A stretch of DNA of 64,000 nt from an uncultured Gammaproteobacteria bacterium (GTDB lineage Bacteria > Patescibacteriota > Microgenomatia > Levybacterales > UBA12049): contig CAZAZU010000001.1 of the NCBI GenBank assembly GCA_964490105.1, positions 710,245-774,244 of the forward strand, given 5' to 3'. A program made the position numbers and the translations under genes. This document shows, one piece after another, positions 50,954-64,000 of the stretch. The notes beneath the pieces were generated by a model, which saw only the letters and a program-made list of their open reading frames with translations, searched no databases and was not told the origin of the DNA. How positions within the stretch are numbered: position 1 is the first letter of the stretch; the number at the start of each line of letters is the position of its first letter.

Positions 50954-53343
50954 TAAAAAGAATATTTCCAATTTTTATAATTTTTTTTGTATGGCTTATT
51001 TTTTCAAAGCCATTTTTTTTAGAGAATAAAATTCCTTACCCCACTTCTTATCAATTAAATTCGCTTTCGCTTTGGAACAATAACGAAAGCTACCTAGGTC
51101 CTATAAAAAATCCAGCTATGCCAGATGTCGTTACCCAAATTATGCCATGGCGCTATTTAACAATTGAGTCATGGAAAAATCTAACAATACCACTATGGAA
51201 TCCATACAGCTTTTCAGGAACACCACACTTAGCCAATTATCAATCTGCTGCATTTTCTATTACTAATTTATTCTTCTTCATATTTAATTTTAATAATGCA
51301 TGGGGATTAGCCGTTCTAATCCAACCGCTTCTTGCTGGAATTTTTATGTACCTTTTTATAAGAAGCTTAAAGCTTAGTCAAGCTGCTGGCATAGTTGCTT
51401 CGATATCGTTTATGTTTTCCGGTTTTATAACGACATGGATGAGCTGGACAACGCTATCGCTTGCAATTTCTTTTCTTCCACTTGCGCTTTACTCCTTAGA
51501 AAAATATTTCGAAATAAAAAAAGCAGCTTACCTCTTGATCTTATTTATTTCAATTCCGCTTTCCTTTTTTAGTGGACATTTTCAGATTAGCTTATATTTT
51601 TTAATTTTCGTAATTTTATTTTTATTCTTTAAACTAATAGAAACAAAAAACAAAAGTGCTTTTATTGGTTCACTTATATTTTTAATATTAGGTACTTTAT
51701 CTGCGAGCATACAGCTGATTCCCTCAATTGAACTTTACCAAAACGCCTCTAGAAGCTTAATATTTGAAAAAATAAACGCTATCCCTTTTTATCATCTCTC
51801 AACAATTATCTCTCCTGATTTTTACGGAAATCCAGTCACTCGAAATAATCTTTTCGGTCATTACATAGAATGGAACATGTTCACCGGAGTAGTTACTTTT
51901 TTCCTTTCACTTTATGCAATATCCATAAGATCGAAAAAAATAATATTTTTTATTTTTATGGCTATTCTATCCCTAAGCTTTTCACTTAATACACCTATTC
52001 TCGACGCATTAATAAATCTAAAAATTCCAGTTCTTTCAACATCATCACTCAGTAGAATTCTATGCATTTTTAGCTTTTCAATCTCAATTCTCGCAGCATA
52101 TGGAATAGATAAAATAAAAAAAGATTTAGAATATAAGAAATATAAATTAATAATATTTTGGATAATTTCAATTTTAGTTTTAATATCTATATTATGGATA
52201 TACATATTAGGAAAGTTTATTAACCCAGACTTCACGTTAATAGCAAAAAGAAATTTAATCCTACCCTCAATCCTATCATTTGGCCTAATATTTTCAGTTT
52301 TAATTGGAATAAAAAAAGAATTAATTAAGATCGGCATCTTAATAGTAATTTTTATTACTATATTTGACATGCTGAGATTTTCTACCAAATGGCAACCGTT
52401 TGAATCCAAGGAACTAGCTTATGCAGAAACACCAATTATTGAGGAGATTGGTAAATTAGATAAAAATTATAGAATTTTTACTCCATTCGGAGAAGAGGGA
52501 AGTGTTTATTTTAATTTTCAATCAACTGGAGGATACGATCCGCTCTACATAAAACGATATGGTGAATTCTCAAAGTCACTTAGCGAAGGCACGCTTATTA
52601 ACGCTGATCGACTTGGAGCATATTTACCAAGGGAAGGAAAATATTTTCCAAAAATAATTGACGTATTAGGTATTAAATATGTACTTCAGAAAAAATCAGA
52701 CATTGGAAAATCTTGGGCATTTAATTTTAACAACTACCCAAAAAATAAATTTAAATTAATTTATGAAGACAATGATTTTCAAATCTACAAAAACCTTGAA
52801 GCACTGCCTAAAGCTTACCTAGTAGGGGATTATACAGTTGAAGACAATAATCAGGAAATATTAAATAAAATTTATTCTGATGAATTTGATTTAAAGAACT
52901 CTGTAGTTGTAGAAAAAGATCCTGGAATAAAAATAGGGGGAGGGGATACGGGAGACATAAAAAATATTAATTATTCATCAAATAAAATTTCACTGATCAC
53001 TAACTCTTCTAATAATTCACTATTAATTATTCCTGATAATTATTATCCCGGATGGATCGCGAAAATTAACGGAAAAGAGTCAGAAATTATTAGGGCAAAT
53101 TATACTTTCAGAGCAATAGCAATTCCAGCTGGAAAAAATAATATAGAGATAATTTATGCGCCTTTATCATTTAAGGTAGGTGCTCTTATTTCTTTTGCAT
53201 CCATTTCTACAGCAATCTTAATATTAATAATTAAGTGGTATAATCTACATGCATGGATCCTAGACAAATTAAAGACTGCGAAGCTTGCTACAAAATCATC
53301 TGTAAAAAATGTAAGTGGGAAGCAGATAAAGAGGAAACGCTAA
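50950..53343 (+). CDS. YfhO family membrane protein (GT-C)
   Basis: PLWNPYSFSGTP, SGHFQ, GGYDPL, NYYPGW.AKING....IIRANYTFRAI.IPAG. Confidence 0.88.
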   Translation: MIKRIFPIFIIFFVWLIFSKPFFLENKIPYPTSYQLNSLSLWNNNESYLGPIKNPAMPDVVTQIMPWRYLTIESWKNLTIPLWNPYSFSGTPHLANYQSAAFSITNLFFFIFNFNNAWGLAVLIQPLLAGIFMYLFIRSLKLSQAAGIVASISFMFSGFITTWMSWTTLSLAISFLPLALYSLEKYFEIKKAAYLLILFISIPLSFFSGHFQISLYFLIFVILFLFFKLIETKNKSAFIGSLIFLILGTLSASIQLIPSIELYQNASRSLIFEKINAIPFYHLSTIISPDFYGNPVTRNNLFGHYIEWNMFTGVVTFFLSLYAISIRSKKIIFFIFMAILSLSFSLNTPILDALINLKIPVLSTSSLSRILCIFSFSISILAAYGIDKIKKDLEYKKYKLIIFWIISILVLISILWIYILGKFINPDFTLIAKRNLILPSILSFGLIFSVLIGIKKELIKIGILIVIFITIFDMLRFSTKWQPFESKELAYAETPIIEEIGKLDKNYRIFTPFGEEGSVYFNFQSTGGYDPLYIKRYGEFSKSLSEGTLINADRLGAYLPREGKYFPKIIDVLGIKYVLQKKSDIGKSWAFNFNNYPKNKFKLIYEDNDFQIYKNLEALPKAYLVGDYTVEDNNQEILNKIYSDEFDLKNSVVVEKDPGIKIGGGDTGDIKNINYSSNKISLITNSSNNSLLIIPDNYYPGWIAKINGKESEIIRANYTFRAIAIPAGKNNIEIIYAPLSFKVGALISFASISTAILILIIKWYNLHAWILDKLKTAKLATKSSVKNVSGKQIKRKR

Positions 53344-53402
53344 AAATTAAAAAAGGAGTTTTAAAAAATTGCCCAGAATGCTACTGGAGTCCAAATAATT
53401 AA
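53253..53402 (+). CDS. 49-aa Cys-rich protein with three CxxC pairs (not in the ORF track); overlaps the 3' end of YfhO
   Basis: MDPRQIKDCEACYKIICKKCKWEADKEETLKIKKGVLKNCPECYWSPNN; TGGTATAAT 8 nt upstream; stop lies 1 nt before the next ATG. Confidence 0.7.
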   Translation: MDPRQIKDCEACYKIICKKCKWEADKEETLKIKKGVLKNCPECYWSPNN

Positions 53403-53403
53403 T

Positions 53404-53979
53404 ATGAGTAAAGCACGTGAAAGAGGAAGCATGCATGTTCCATCTTCGGAGACTCCGAAAGAACATCAGGGCGCACATTATTCCCCGAAAAAAAAAGCAT
53501 TAACTACTCTAAGCGATGCCCAAGTTGAACAAGAATTATTAGCCTCATTTGGCATTACACCACCGATAGACTCACCCAATTTAGCGAATGGAGACAGCTT
53601 TCCAAATAAACCAACCCCTCCTGTTTTTGGAGTTGACAGAGAGCCGCAAACAGAACAGCCTAGATATCTAACCGTTGGCATTGGAACATGGCTCTACGAT
53701 TCACCTCGCTGGGATAAAAGAAGAATCAGACTGGGAAGAGCAGACAAACCAACGCCTGGGATAGTCGTCCAAGAAGTTGAGGACCCAAGAGATTCTCACA
53801 GACCAGAAGGTCACAGACGTAAATCAATACAAATGGAGCACTCATGGATCGGTCAAGATAAACAAAGACATACTAATAGATTCTGGGTTAATGTAAAAAG
53901 AGGGGGCTTCGAAGGAATGCCCGCAAAGGGAATTTCTCGGCCTACACTTGGTCTCACCAAACAAACGAAAACTCCTTAA
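53404..53979 (+). CDS. Hypothetical protein with a Pro-rich N-terminal half
   Basis: 191-aa ORF, visibly GC-richer than its neighbours; no motif recognised. Confidence 0.65.
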   Translation: MSKARERGSMHVPSSETPKEHQGAHYSPKKKALTTLSDAQVEQELLASFGITPPIDSPNLANGDSFPNKPTPPVFGVDREPQTEQPRYLTVGIGTWLYDSPRWDKRRIRLGRADKPTPGIVVQEVEDPRDSHRPEGHRRKSIQMEHSWIGQDKQRHTNRFWVNVKRGGFEGMPAKGISRPTLGLTKQTKTP

Positions 53980-53983
53980 ACCT

Positions 53984-54318
53984 AAAAATCCACTTAGACC
54001 ATCGGGAAGCTGTAAAGCTTAATTCACACAAAAATTTATTAAAATTTAGAAAATTTAATTGAAATTTCGTAAACCTCACAACATCACACCTCTTCTCCGG
54101 AATATCATTGTGCGACGTGATATATTTGTGAAAATAACCCGTGAAATTTTATTAATTTTAAAATTCTTTTTAGGTAAATTAAATTATCTTGACACATAAC
54201 CCGCCAGTATCCCCTGCTCTAAATCACAAAATTAAGATCTAATAAAAGCCTGGATTCCCTACTAACTCACTGAATATGCTTAGAGGCCTATAAAAATTTA
54301 AGTTCATGAGAGGATTTT
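53984..54318 (-). ncRNA. Candidate structured RNA or long inverted repeat downstream of rpoD
   Basis: No long ORF. Nested complementary blocks form a rod at 54019-54182, and AAAATCC/GGATTTT close the two ends. Strand is inferred from G-U pairs only. Confidence 0.35.
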
Positions 54319-54322
54319 GATT

Positions 54323-55405
54323 TTAACCAAGGTAGTCTTTTAATTTATTCCCTCGAGAAGGATGTCGGAGTTTTCTCAAGGATTTTGCTTCGATTTGTCT
54401 AATTCTCTCTCGTGTTACAGCAAACATTTTTCCAACTTCTTCAAGAGTTTTTGGTCTTCCATCTTTAAGCCCAAATCTTTCTTCAAGAACTCTTCTTTCT
54501 CTGTCTGACAAAGTACCCAGAACCTGATCAACCTGCTCCTTCAAGAGCTCACGACTTGCTGAATCAAATAGAGTTGGTGCAGCTGAGTCATGAATGAAAT
54601 CTCCAAGACGTGAATCCTCTTCATCACTAACCGGGGACTCAAGGCTTGCTGGCTCTTGGGAAATTTTTATTATTTCAAGTGCTTTTTCAGGATCAATGTC
54701 GAGTACTTTTGCAACTTCCTCTGGCGTTGGTTCACGTCCTAATTCTTGCATTAATTTTCTAGAAGCTCTTAAAAATCTGTTTATGTTTTCAACCATGTGA
54801 ACCGGAATCCTAATGGTTCTTGCTTGATCTGCAATAGCGCGAGTTATTGATTGACGAATCCACCAGGTTGCATATGTCGAAAATTTAAATCCTCTTCTCC
54901 AATCATATTTTTCTACTGCACGAATTAGTCCCTGATTTCCCTCCTGAATTAAATCAAGAAGAGTGAGTCCTCGACCTACATATTTTTTTGCAATTGAAAC
55001 AACTAGACGAAGATTTGAATTAACTAATATTTTTTTTGCCTCTTCATCCCCCTTCTCTACCCTTTTAGCTAAAACTATTTCCTGATCAAAATTTAAAAGC
55101 GGAATTCTGCCGATTTCCTTCAAATACATTCTGACTGGATCACTCACTGTCCCCTCTGTTAAAACGGTTAACGCCTCTAGTTCCTTTTCAAGATCTTCAA
55201 TTGGCTTTTCACCATCTTGAGTTTCCGCAACTGATTCAAAAACATCGATATCAGCTTTTATCAATTTGTCATAAAGAGAGTCCAAATCTTCTATGTGCTC
55301 CTCCGGTTTTGGGAACATAGAAAGGATCTCTTCTTGCGTTATGTATCCGCGTTTTTTTGCAGAATCAACTATATCAGCTAAGATGTTGGGGGCGGTTTTT
55401 GCCAT
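54323..55405 (-). CDS. rpoD: RNA polymerase primary sigma factor
   Basis: [46 protein letters not shown]. Start moved to MAKT, after TGGTAGAAT. Confidence 0.98.
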   Translation of the reverse strand: MAKTAPNILADIVDSAKKRGYITQEEILSMFPKPEEHIEDLDSLYDKLIKADIDVFESVAETQDGEKPIEDLEKELEALTVLTEGTVSDPVRMYLKEIGRIPLLNFDQEIVLAKRVEKGDEEAKKILVNSNLRLVVSIAKKYVGRGLTLLDLIQEGNQGLIRAVEKYDWRRGFKFSTYATWWIRQSITRAIADQARTIRIPVHMVENINRFLRASRKLMQELGREPTPEEVAKVLDIDPEKALEIIKISQEPASLESPVSDEEDSRLGDFIHDSAAPTLFDSASRELLKEQVDQVLGTLSDRERRVLEERFGLKDGRPKTLEEVGKMFAVTRERIRQIEAKSLRKLRHPSRGNKLKDYLG

Positions 55406-55443
55406 ACTACTATATTCTACCACAAATTGAGCTCAATTTAAAC

Positions 55444-57192
55444 CTAAGAGGAAACAATTTGAGATGTAATACTTGCGATTTCTTCTTTAATTTTTTCAAT
55501 TTCATCTTCGTTCTCTTCTTTTCCTTTCAAATCACGGCTAATCTGCTTTATTCTTTCCTTAAGTTGAATAAGTTTTAATTCTTTTGAAACCCTAACTATC
55601 TCTTCCTCATATTTAACATTATCTTCAAATTTCGGAAGCGGCATCAAGAAACATTTATCAAAAACTGGAAGCAATTCATTTGATAAATTTTTTGACGCAG
55701 ATTTTAAATCAAAATCTTTTACATTTATGACTGATAAAATTTCAGCAAATATTTTTCCAACTGCAGGAAGATAAAATTCATATTTATTTAAAATATCTTT
55801 AACTTTAATTAACATTTGTTTAGGCTCCAAACTCTGAACAACAAGTCCTAAAAGATATTCTTCAAGTAATTCATGTCTGTCCTGTTTTTGGTTTTTTTGA
55901 ATTATTTTTTCGTCTTTATCGGGAGCTTTATTTTCAATTTGTTTTAACAAAGAATCATAAGAAGTACTGATCGCTTCGCTTAATTTTTTCAAATAATGTT
56001 CTTTTATAATTTCATTTTGAATTTTTGAAATCAAGGGAAGCATTTCATCTCCAATTTTTTTCTTACCTATTGCAGAATCAGGATCATTTTCTGAAACAAA
56101 TTTATTGAGTAAGAAATCATAAATTTCCCTATCTTCCCTAACTGCCTTTTTAAATCCTATTGGATTATTTTTAAGCGCCTCATCTGGATCTTTTTCATCC
56201 GGAATAATTACGGTTATCGATAATCCTCTTTTTTCTAAAACCGGAATACTTCTTTTCATGGCCTCGATTCCCGCACTATCCTGATCAAGACAAAGAGAAA
56301 CTTTAGGCGCAAATCTTGAAAGAAGTATTGCCTGATCTTCAGTTAAAGCAGTTCCTTTTAGGGCGACAGCATTGGTAATTCCTTCTTTGTATGCAGTTAT
56401 TACATCAAACTCCCCCTCCATTACAATTGTAAATTCCTCTTTTTTTATTGAATCTTTTGCCAGATTAAATCCAAAAAACATACTTCCTTTGTGGTAAACC
56501 AGGGTATCCCTAGTATTTATGTATTTGGGCCCAAAATCTGAGTCTAAAATTTTTCTTCCGGAAAAACCGGAAATATTTCCCCTATGATCAATTAACGGAA
56601 AAATAATTCTACCTCTAAAAAAATCAATCACCCTATTCCCTTTTTGAATTCCCAACCCTGCCTCTACTAAGTCTGCAATTTTATATTTTTTTTTATTTAG
56701 TAAATATTTCGAAAGGTCCTCCCCCCTACCGGGCGCAAATCCAATGTTAAATGTTTTAATTAGTTTTTCATTCATTCCTCTTTTTTTTATCAGGTATTCA
56801 AGCGCTCTCTCTCCCGCAGGGTGCTTTGTTAAAACGAAATGATAATAATCTGCTGCAATCTTATTCAATGAATAAATTGCTTCTTTTCTTGATGAAGCAA
56901 ATGAATTTCCAGTTATTTTTAAAGTAACTCCTGCTTTTTTTGCAAGAATTCTAAGAGACTCAACAAATTCTAAATTTTCATAATCCATTAAAAATGAAAA
57001 TGCATCTCCCCCTTTTCCACATCCAAAACAATGCCAGATTTGTCTCTCTGGACTAACTACAAATGAAGATGAATTTTCAGTGTGAAAAGGACAGACTGTT
57101 GTAAAATTTCTCCCCATTTTTTTAAGAGGAAGATACTCGGAAATAAGCGACACTATATCAATTTTTTCTTTTACTTGAGAGGCTTGGTCCAT
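55444..57192 (-). CDS. dnaG: DNA primase
   Basis: Zinc domain CPFH...CFGC; KYINT; TOPRIM motifs EGEFD, DQDSAG and KDPD. Confidence 0.97.
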   Translation of the reverse strand: MDQASQVKEKIDIVSLISEYLPLKKMGRNFTTVCPFHTENSSSFVVSPERQIWHCFGCGKGGDAFSFLMDYENLEFVESLRILAKKAGVTLKITGNSFASSRKEAIYSLNKIAADYYHFVLTKHPAGERALEYLIKKRGMNEKLIKTFNIGFAPGRGEDLSKYLLNKKKYKIADLVEAGLGIQKGNRVIDFFRGRIIFPLIDHRGNISGFSGRKILDSDFGPKYINTRDTLVYHKGSMFFGFNLAKDSIKKEEFTIVMEGEFDVITAYKEGITNAVALKGTALTEDQAILLSRFAPKVSLCLDQDSAGIEAMKRSIPVLEKRGLSITVIIPDEKDPDEALKNNPIGFKKAVREDREIYDFLLNKFVSENDPDSAIGKKKIGDEMLPLISKIQNEIIKEHYLKKLSEAISTSYDSLLKQIENKAPDKDEKIIQKNQKQDRHELLEEYLLGLVVQSLEPKQMLIKVKDILNKYEFYLPAVGKIFAEILSVINVKDFDLKSASKNLSNELLPVFDKCFLMPLPKFEDNVKYEEEIVRVSKELKLIQLKERIKQISRDLKGKEENEDEIEKIKEEIASITSQIVSS

Positions 57193-57244
57193 AGGACCTC
57201 AATTGTACCACTTGATCCTTGCAAGTGCGAGGTATCTGTATTAA

Positions 57245-59858
<2,614 letters not shown>

Positions 59859-59875
59859 AGTGTTATTATAATTGT

Positions 59876-61402
59876 ATGCTTGCCAAGGTTAATTCCGCAG
59901 CATTAATTGGCCTAAATGCAGTTCCTGTTGAAGTGGAAGTGGATATCGCTTCCCAAGGTCTCCCCTCTTTTACAATCGTAGGGCTTCCTGATAAAGCAGT
60001 AGAGGAAGCAAAAGAAAGAGTCAGAAGTGCATTAAAAAACACAGGAGCTGAATTTCCCGCAAAGAGAATTACGGTTAATCTTGCCCCAGCTGATCTTCCA
60101 AAAGAAGGTCCTACTTATGATCTACCTATTGCGCTCGGAATACTACTGGCAAGCGAACAAGTTAAAACTGACATTTCAAATTTTCTATTCATGGGAGAAT
60201 TATCCCTTGAAGGAAAACTAAGACATACTGGAGGAGCCTTACCAAAAGCAATTCTCGCAAAAGAAAAAAAATATTCCGCGCTTTTCCTGCCATTTGAAAA
60301 CGCGAGAGAAGCAGCCATCATAAAAGGGCTCGATGTAATCCCCTTGAGCTCCCTACATGAACTTCTTAATCATTTAACTCAAGCAATTATTATTAAAAAA
60401 CAAAAACCTACACTTATTGATCAGATATCCGAAGACGATTTTGAATTCGACATGAAAGATATTAAAGGCCAGGAGCAAGCAAAGAGAGCTATGGAAATTT
60501 CAGCTGCTGGCGGACACAATATCTTACTTAAGGGACCACCTGGCGCAGGGAAAACATTACTTGCCAGAACTATGCCATCGATTTTGCCAAAACCCACTTT
60601 TGATGAAGCAATAGAAATCACAAAAATTTATAGTATTTCAGGTTTACTCGATAAAGAATCTTTAGTGATCAAGCGTCCTTTTCGCTCTCCCCATCACACA
60701 ACTTCACATATTGGTCTCATTGGAGGGGGTAATATTCCAAAACCGGGTGAAATTTCCCTGGCACACCGAGGAGTTTTATTTCTGGATGAATTTCCAGAAT
60801 TTCCTCGTCATGTTTTGGAGGCGCTAAGACAACCCATGGAAGATGGCTTCGTTACTATTTCAAGAGCATCAGGAAGAATCACCTTCCCTGCAAAATTTAT
60901 GATGGTAGCTGCCCAAAATCCTTGTCCATGCGGATACTTAGGAGACCCAAGTCACGAATGCAAATGCGGGGCTTCTGAAATATTAAGGTACCAGAAAAAG
61001 ATTTCAGGCCCTATGTTAGACCGAATTGATGTACATTTAGATGTACCAGCCGTAAAAGTAGAAAAATTAACTGAGCAAAAAATGGGCACTGGACATACAT
61101 CCAAAGAAATTAGGAAAAAAGTACAAATGGCCCGCGATATTCAAACAAGAAGATTTAAAAAAGATAAAATTATCTCAAATTCTGAGATGAACAGTAAGTT
61201 AATAAAAAAATATTGCGAACTTTCCAGCGAGTCATTGGAAATTTTAAAAATGGCAGTAAATAAATTAAATCTTTCAGCAAGGTCTTATAATAAAATTCTT
61301 AAAGTTTCTCGTACAATAGCAGACCTTGAAAAAGAAACAAAAATAAAACCAAACCATATTGCAGAGGCTCTCCAATATAGACCAAAAACTGATAATATAT
61401 AA
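59876..61402 (+). CDS. comM: YifB/ComM Mg-chelatase-like AAA+ ATPase
   Basis: VGLPD, ITVNLAPADLPKEG, GPPGAGKT, RPFRSPHH, PGEISLAHRGVLFLDE, NPCPCG. Confidence 0.93.
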   Translation: MLAKVNSAALIGLNAVPVEVEVDIASQGLPSFTIVGLPDKAVEEAKERVRSALKNTGAEFPAKRITVNLAPADLPKEGPTYDLPIALGILLASEQVKTDISNFLFMGELSLEGKLRHTGGALPKAILAKEKKYSALFLPFENAREAAIIKGLDVIPLSSLHELLNHLTQAIIIKKQKPTLIDQISEDDFEFDMKDIKGQEQAKRAMEISAAGGHNILLKGPPGAGKTLLARTMPSILPKPTFDEAIEITKIYSISGLLDKESLVIKRPFRSPHHTTSHIGLIGGGNIPKPGEISLAHRGVLFLDEFPEFPRHVLEALRQPMEDGFVTISRASGRITFPAKFMMVAAQNPCPCGYLGDPSHECKCGASEILRYQKKISGPMLDRIDVHLDVPAVKVEKLTEQKMGTGHTSKEIRKKVQMARDIQTRRFKKDKIISNSEMNSKLIKKYCELSSESLEILKMAVNKLNLSARSYNKILKVSRTIADLEKETKIKPNHIAEALQYRPKTDNI

Positions 61403-61406
61403 AGTA

Positions 61407-62297
61407 TTGGAAAATCAATTTTCGGCAAATCAAAGCTCAAGTTACTTTAAGAGACGCATTGCTGCAATTTTAGTTTTTGCGGTATTTTTTATAATGCTTG
61501 GCCGCCATCTCACTTTTCTTCCTGTTATAAATTTATCTAGAGAGACTAAGGAAACTGATCTAAAAAAAGAAATTGCGCAAATTACAAAAGACAAAAAAGG
61601 ATTTTATTCATATTATTTTAAAGATTTAAAAAGCGACAATTCACTTGGCGTTTCTCAGGACCAAATAGAAACAGGGGCGTCAGTCAATAAGCTCCCGATA
61701 ATTGCGGCGCTATATTATTTAGATAATCAAGGAAAGATTGACCTAGATGACCGAGTCACAATTCAAAAAGATGATGTTCAAGATTATGGAACAGGATCCA
61801 TCCGCTATCAAGAAATGCCGCAAACCTATTCCTTGAAAAATCTTGCAAAACTCGCTCTTAAAAACTCAGATAATACGGCTGCTCACGTAATTTCCATCAC
61901 AGTTGGCGAAGATAAAGTCCAGGATTTAGTTGACTCATGGGAAATGACGCAAACAGATATGGTGAATAATAAAACAACAGCATATGACATGGGCCTTTTA
62001 TTTCAAAGAATTTATGATGGAAAAATTACCACTCCGGCAAAAACCAAAGAACTTTTAGGATTTATGACAGACACAGACTTTGAGGATAGACTTACAAAAG
62101 GACTAACAAAGGACGCAAAAATCTATCACAAAACCGGAGATGGAGAGGGGTTTGTTCATGATGTAGGAATAATTGAAACTGAAAAAAACGCTTACTATTT
62201 AGGAGTTATGACCTCAGATATAGGAGAGGATGAACAAGAAACTAAAAATACAATTGCCGAAATCTCAAAGAAAATTTTTGAGAGCGTAAATAATTAA
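61407..62297 (+). CDS. Second membrane-anchored class A beta-lactamase-like serine hydrolase
   Basis: ASVNK, SDN and HKTG motifs. Start is uncertain; the TTG at 61407 avoids overlap with comM. Confidence 0.82.
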   Translation: MENQFSANQSSSYFKRRIAAILVFAVFFIMLGRHLTFLPVINLSRETKETDLKKEIAQITKDKKGFYSYYFKDLKSDNSLGVSQDQIETGASVNKLPIIAALYYLDNQGKIDLDDRVTIQKDDVQDYGTGSIRYQEMPQTYSLKNLAKLALKNSDNTAAHVISITVGEDKVQDLVDSWEMTQTDMVNNKTTAYDMGLLFQRIYDGKITTPAKTKELLGFMTDTDFEDRLTKGLTKDAKIYHKTGDGEGFVHDVGIIETEKNAYYLGVMTSDIGEDEQETKNTIAEISKKIFESVNN

Positions 62298-63331
62298 AGA
62301 AGTTTTTGTTGGGACTTTGTTTTCCCCTGATCATCAAATGGCAAACCTAAATGCTCGTAGGCAATTTTTGTCGCCATTCTTCCCCGAGGACTTCTTTTTA
62401 TAAAACCTATTTGCATTAAATATGGCTCCACTACATCTTCAATTGTCGAAATATCTTCAGAAATAGTTGAGGCCATGGTTTCAACCCCAACTGGTCCCCC
62501 GCTATGTTTTTCAATTAACGCTTTTAAATATCTTATGTCATTATTATCAAGTCCTAACGAATCAACTTCTAACATCTTTAATGATTCACGTGTAATATCT
62601 TTATTTATTTTTCCATCTCCGTGGACCTCTGCATAATCTCTAACTCTTTTTAAAAGCTTTAAAGCGATCCTGGGTGTTCCCCTGGCTCTTACTGAAATTT
62701 CCTTTATAGAGTCAAGATCTACTTCAGTTTTTAACTTTTCAGCACCTCGTCTAATAATTTCTTCAAGTTCAACTGGCGTATAAAAGTTAAGACGATGCAC
62801 AACTCCAAACCTATCCCTTAAAGGTGCGCTTAACAAACCAATTCTTGTAGTTGCGCCAATTATCGTAAACTGAGGCAAATCTAACCTAAGTGTTCTCGCG
62901 CTAGGCCCCTTGCCAATCACTATATCTAAGGCATAATCTTCCATAGCTGGATATAATGTTTCTTCAACCAATTTATTTAACCTATGAATTTCGTCTATAA
63001 ATAAAACATCTCCTTTTTCTAGATTTGTTAAAATTGAAGCCAGATCCCCAGCGCGCTCAATCGCCGGACCGCTTGTAACCTTAATGTTTACATTCATTTC
63101 TCTCGCAATCAAATGCGATATCGTGGTTTTTCCCAGCCCAGGTGGTCCGTACAAGAGCACATGTTCTATCGGCTCTTTCCTTTTTTTTGCTGCTGAAATT
63201 GCTATCTGAAGTGATTTTTTTAAATTGCTTTGTCCAAAAAACTCAGTCCATTCTTTTGCGCGTAGTGATACAAATAAAACCTCTTCTTCAGGACTAACTT
63301 TTTCTTCTTTTTCTTTTTTTTGCTTACTCAT
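62294..63331 (-). CDS. ruvB: Holliday junction branch migration ATPase RuvB
   Basis: [33 protein letters not shown]. Confidence 0.98.
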   Translation of the reverse strand: MSKQKKEKEEKVSPEEEVLFVSLRAKEWTEFFGQSNLKKSLQIAISAAKKRKEPIEHVLLYGPPGLGKTTISHLIAREMNVNIKVTSGPAIERAGDLASILTNLEKGDVLFIDEIHRLNKLVEETLYPAMEDYALDIVIGKGPSARTLRLDLPQFTIIGATTRIGLLSAPLRDRFGVVHRLNFYTPVELEEIIRRGAEKLKTEVDLDSIKEISVRARGTPRIALKLLKRVRDYAEVHGDGKINKDITRESLKMLEVDSLGLDNNDIRYLKALIEKHSGGPVGVETMASTISEDISTIEDVVEPYLMQIGFIKRSPRGRMATKIAYEHLGLPFDDQGKTKSQQKLL

Positions 63332-63332
63332 G

Positions 63333-63902
63333 CTATTTTCCTAAATACTTCAATGCAAATTTTATTTTTTCCTCAGCGGTTTTTGCTTCTTTATCAATAT
63401 TTTTGAGCGCTTCCCCCGCCTCTTTGGTCGAAAAACCAAATGTCTTAAGAGCTAAAATTATTTCGTTATTTTCCGAAGAATCCGTATCGGACAAATCGAT
63501 AATGCTATCATCTCCAAGCTTATTCTTAAGCTCAATTATAATTTTCTGAGCATTTTTCTTACCCAAACGTGGCACTTGTGTAAAAAACTCCACGTCCCCC
63601 TTTAGAACTGCTTCAACCACCCCACTCCTGTCTGCAAATGAGAAAATTGACATCGCGGTTTTTGGTCCAACACCCGAAACGCTAATTAAAAGCTCAAATA
63701 ATTTAAGGTCTGCAATTTCAGAGAATCCAAAAAGATCTAATGCATCTTCTCTAACATGAGTATATATAAAAAGCATAACTTCATTTTTGTTTTCTGACAA
63801 AACCTTTGAAGACACTAAAACCCTATATCCCACGCCACCCGCTTCTACCAATAAATAATTTCCGTCTTTTAAGATAACTTTTCCTCTAACTGAACCGATC
63901 AT
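63333..63902 (-). CDS. ruvA: Holliday junction branch migration protein RuvA
   Basis: [38 protein letters not shown]. Confidence 0.97.
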   Translation of the reverse strand: MIGSVRGKVILKDGNYLLVEAGGVGYRVLVSSKVLSENKNEVMLFIYTHVREDALDLFGFSEIADLKLFELLISVSGVGPKTAMSIFSFADRSGVVEAVLKGDVEFFTQVPRLGKKNAQKIIIELKNKLGDDSIIDLSDTDSSENNEIILALKTFGFSTKEAGEALKNIDKEAKTAEEKIKFALKYLGK

Positions 63903-64000
63903 AATTTTGTTTGTGAATTCATTTTATTTGAAAGCGCATGTGAAACAGCAACCGCTAGCGCATCAGAAGTATCGTCTAATTTAGGGATTTTATCAAGCTT
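63899..64000 (-). CDS. ruvC: C-terminal fragment of crossover junction endodeoxyribonuclease RuvC (runs off the window)
   Basis: KLDKIPKLDDTSDALAVAVSHA matches the RuvC DDxxDAxA motif; its TGA overlaps the ruvA ATG. Confidence 0.9.
   Translation of the reverse strand, partial: KLDKIPKLDDTSDALAVAVSHALSNKMNSQTKL

Noticed and set aside
53990-54010. Minus-strand CCCGATGGTCTAAG resembling a tRNA D-arm
   Set aside because: No T-arm or acceptor stem. tmRNA and RNase P signature motifs were also not seen.

Overview
AT-rich, gene-dense bacterial chromosome segment using the standard code (TGA is a stop). Gene content suggests a Patescibacteria/CPR organism, probably Microgenomates-like; this is inference, not a search result. 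The supporting features are short tpiA and lepA, many GT-C membrane glycosyltransferases, Thr/Pro-rich surface proteins, split pilus genes and FemABX/LCP/MltG. Housekeeping genes are groES-groEL, lepA, rpsT, tpiA, pcrA, truB, def, msrA, dnaG-rpoD, comM, ruvC(partial)-ruvA-ruvB and one tRNA-Asn(GTT). Late nucleotide-synthesis and salvage genes are pyrF, pyrE, purH, purA, purB and a PRTase. No integrase, transposase, CRISPR array or rRNA was seen. The main leads are: (1) a tightly coupled 9-gene run joining PilN/PilO-like genes, an LPxTG-tailed surface protein, an FAD enzyme and four GT-C proteins, in a window that also encodes a polyprenyl-phosphate phosphoribosyltransferase, WecA/TagO, LCP, FemABX and three more GT-Cs, i.e. 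a candidate surface-glycosylation system; (2) an unannotated 27-aa basic ORF resembling ribosomal protein bTHX; (3) a 340-nt structured non-coding region behind rpoD; (4) a Ni-SOD operon; (5) a recurring extended -10 box 6-9 nt before start codons, implying leaderless mRNAs; (6) several small ORFs missed by the ORF track. Some start codons were moved from the ORF track where promoter position supports it. All family calls come from motif recognition by eye.
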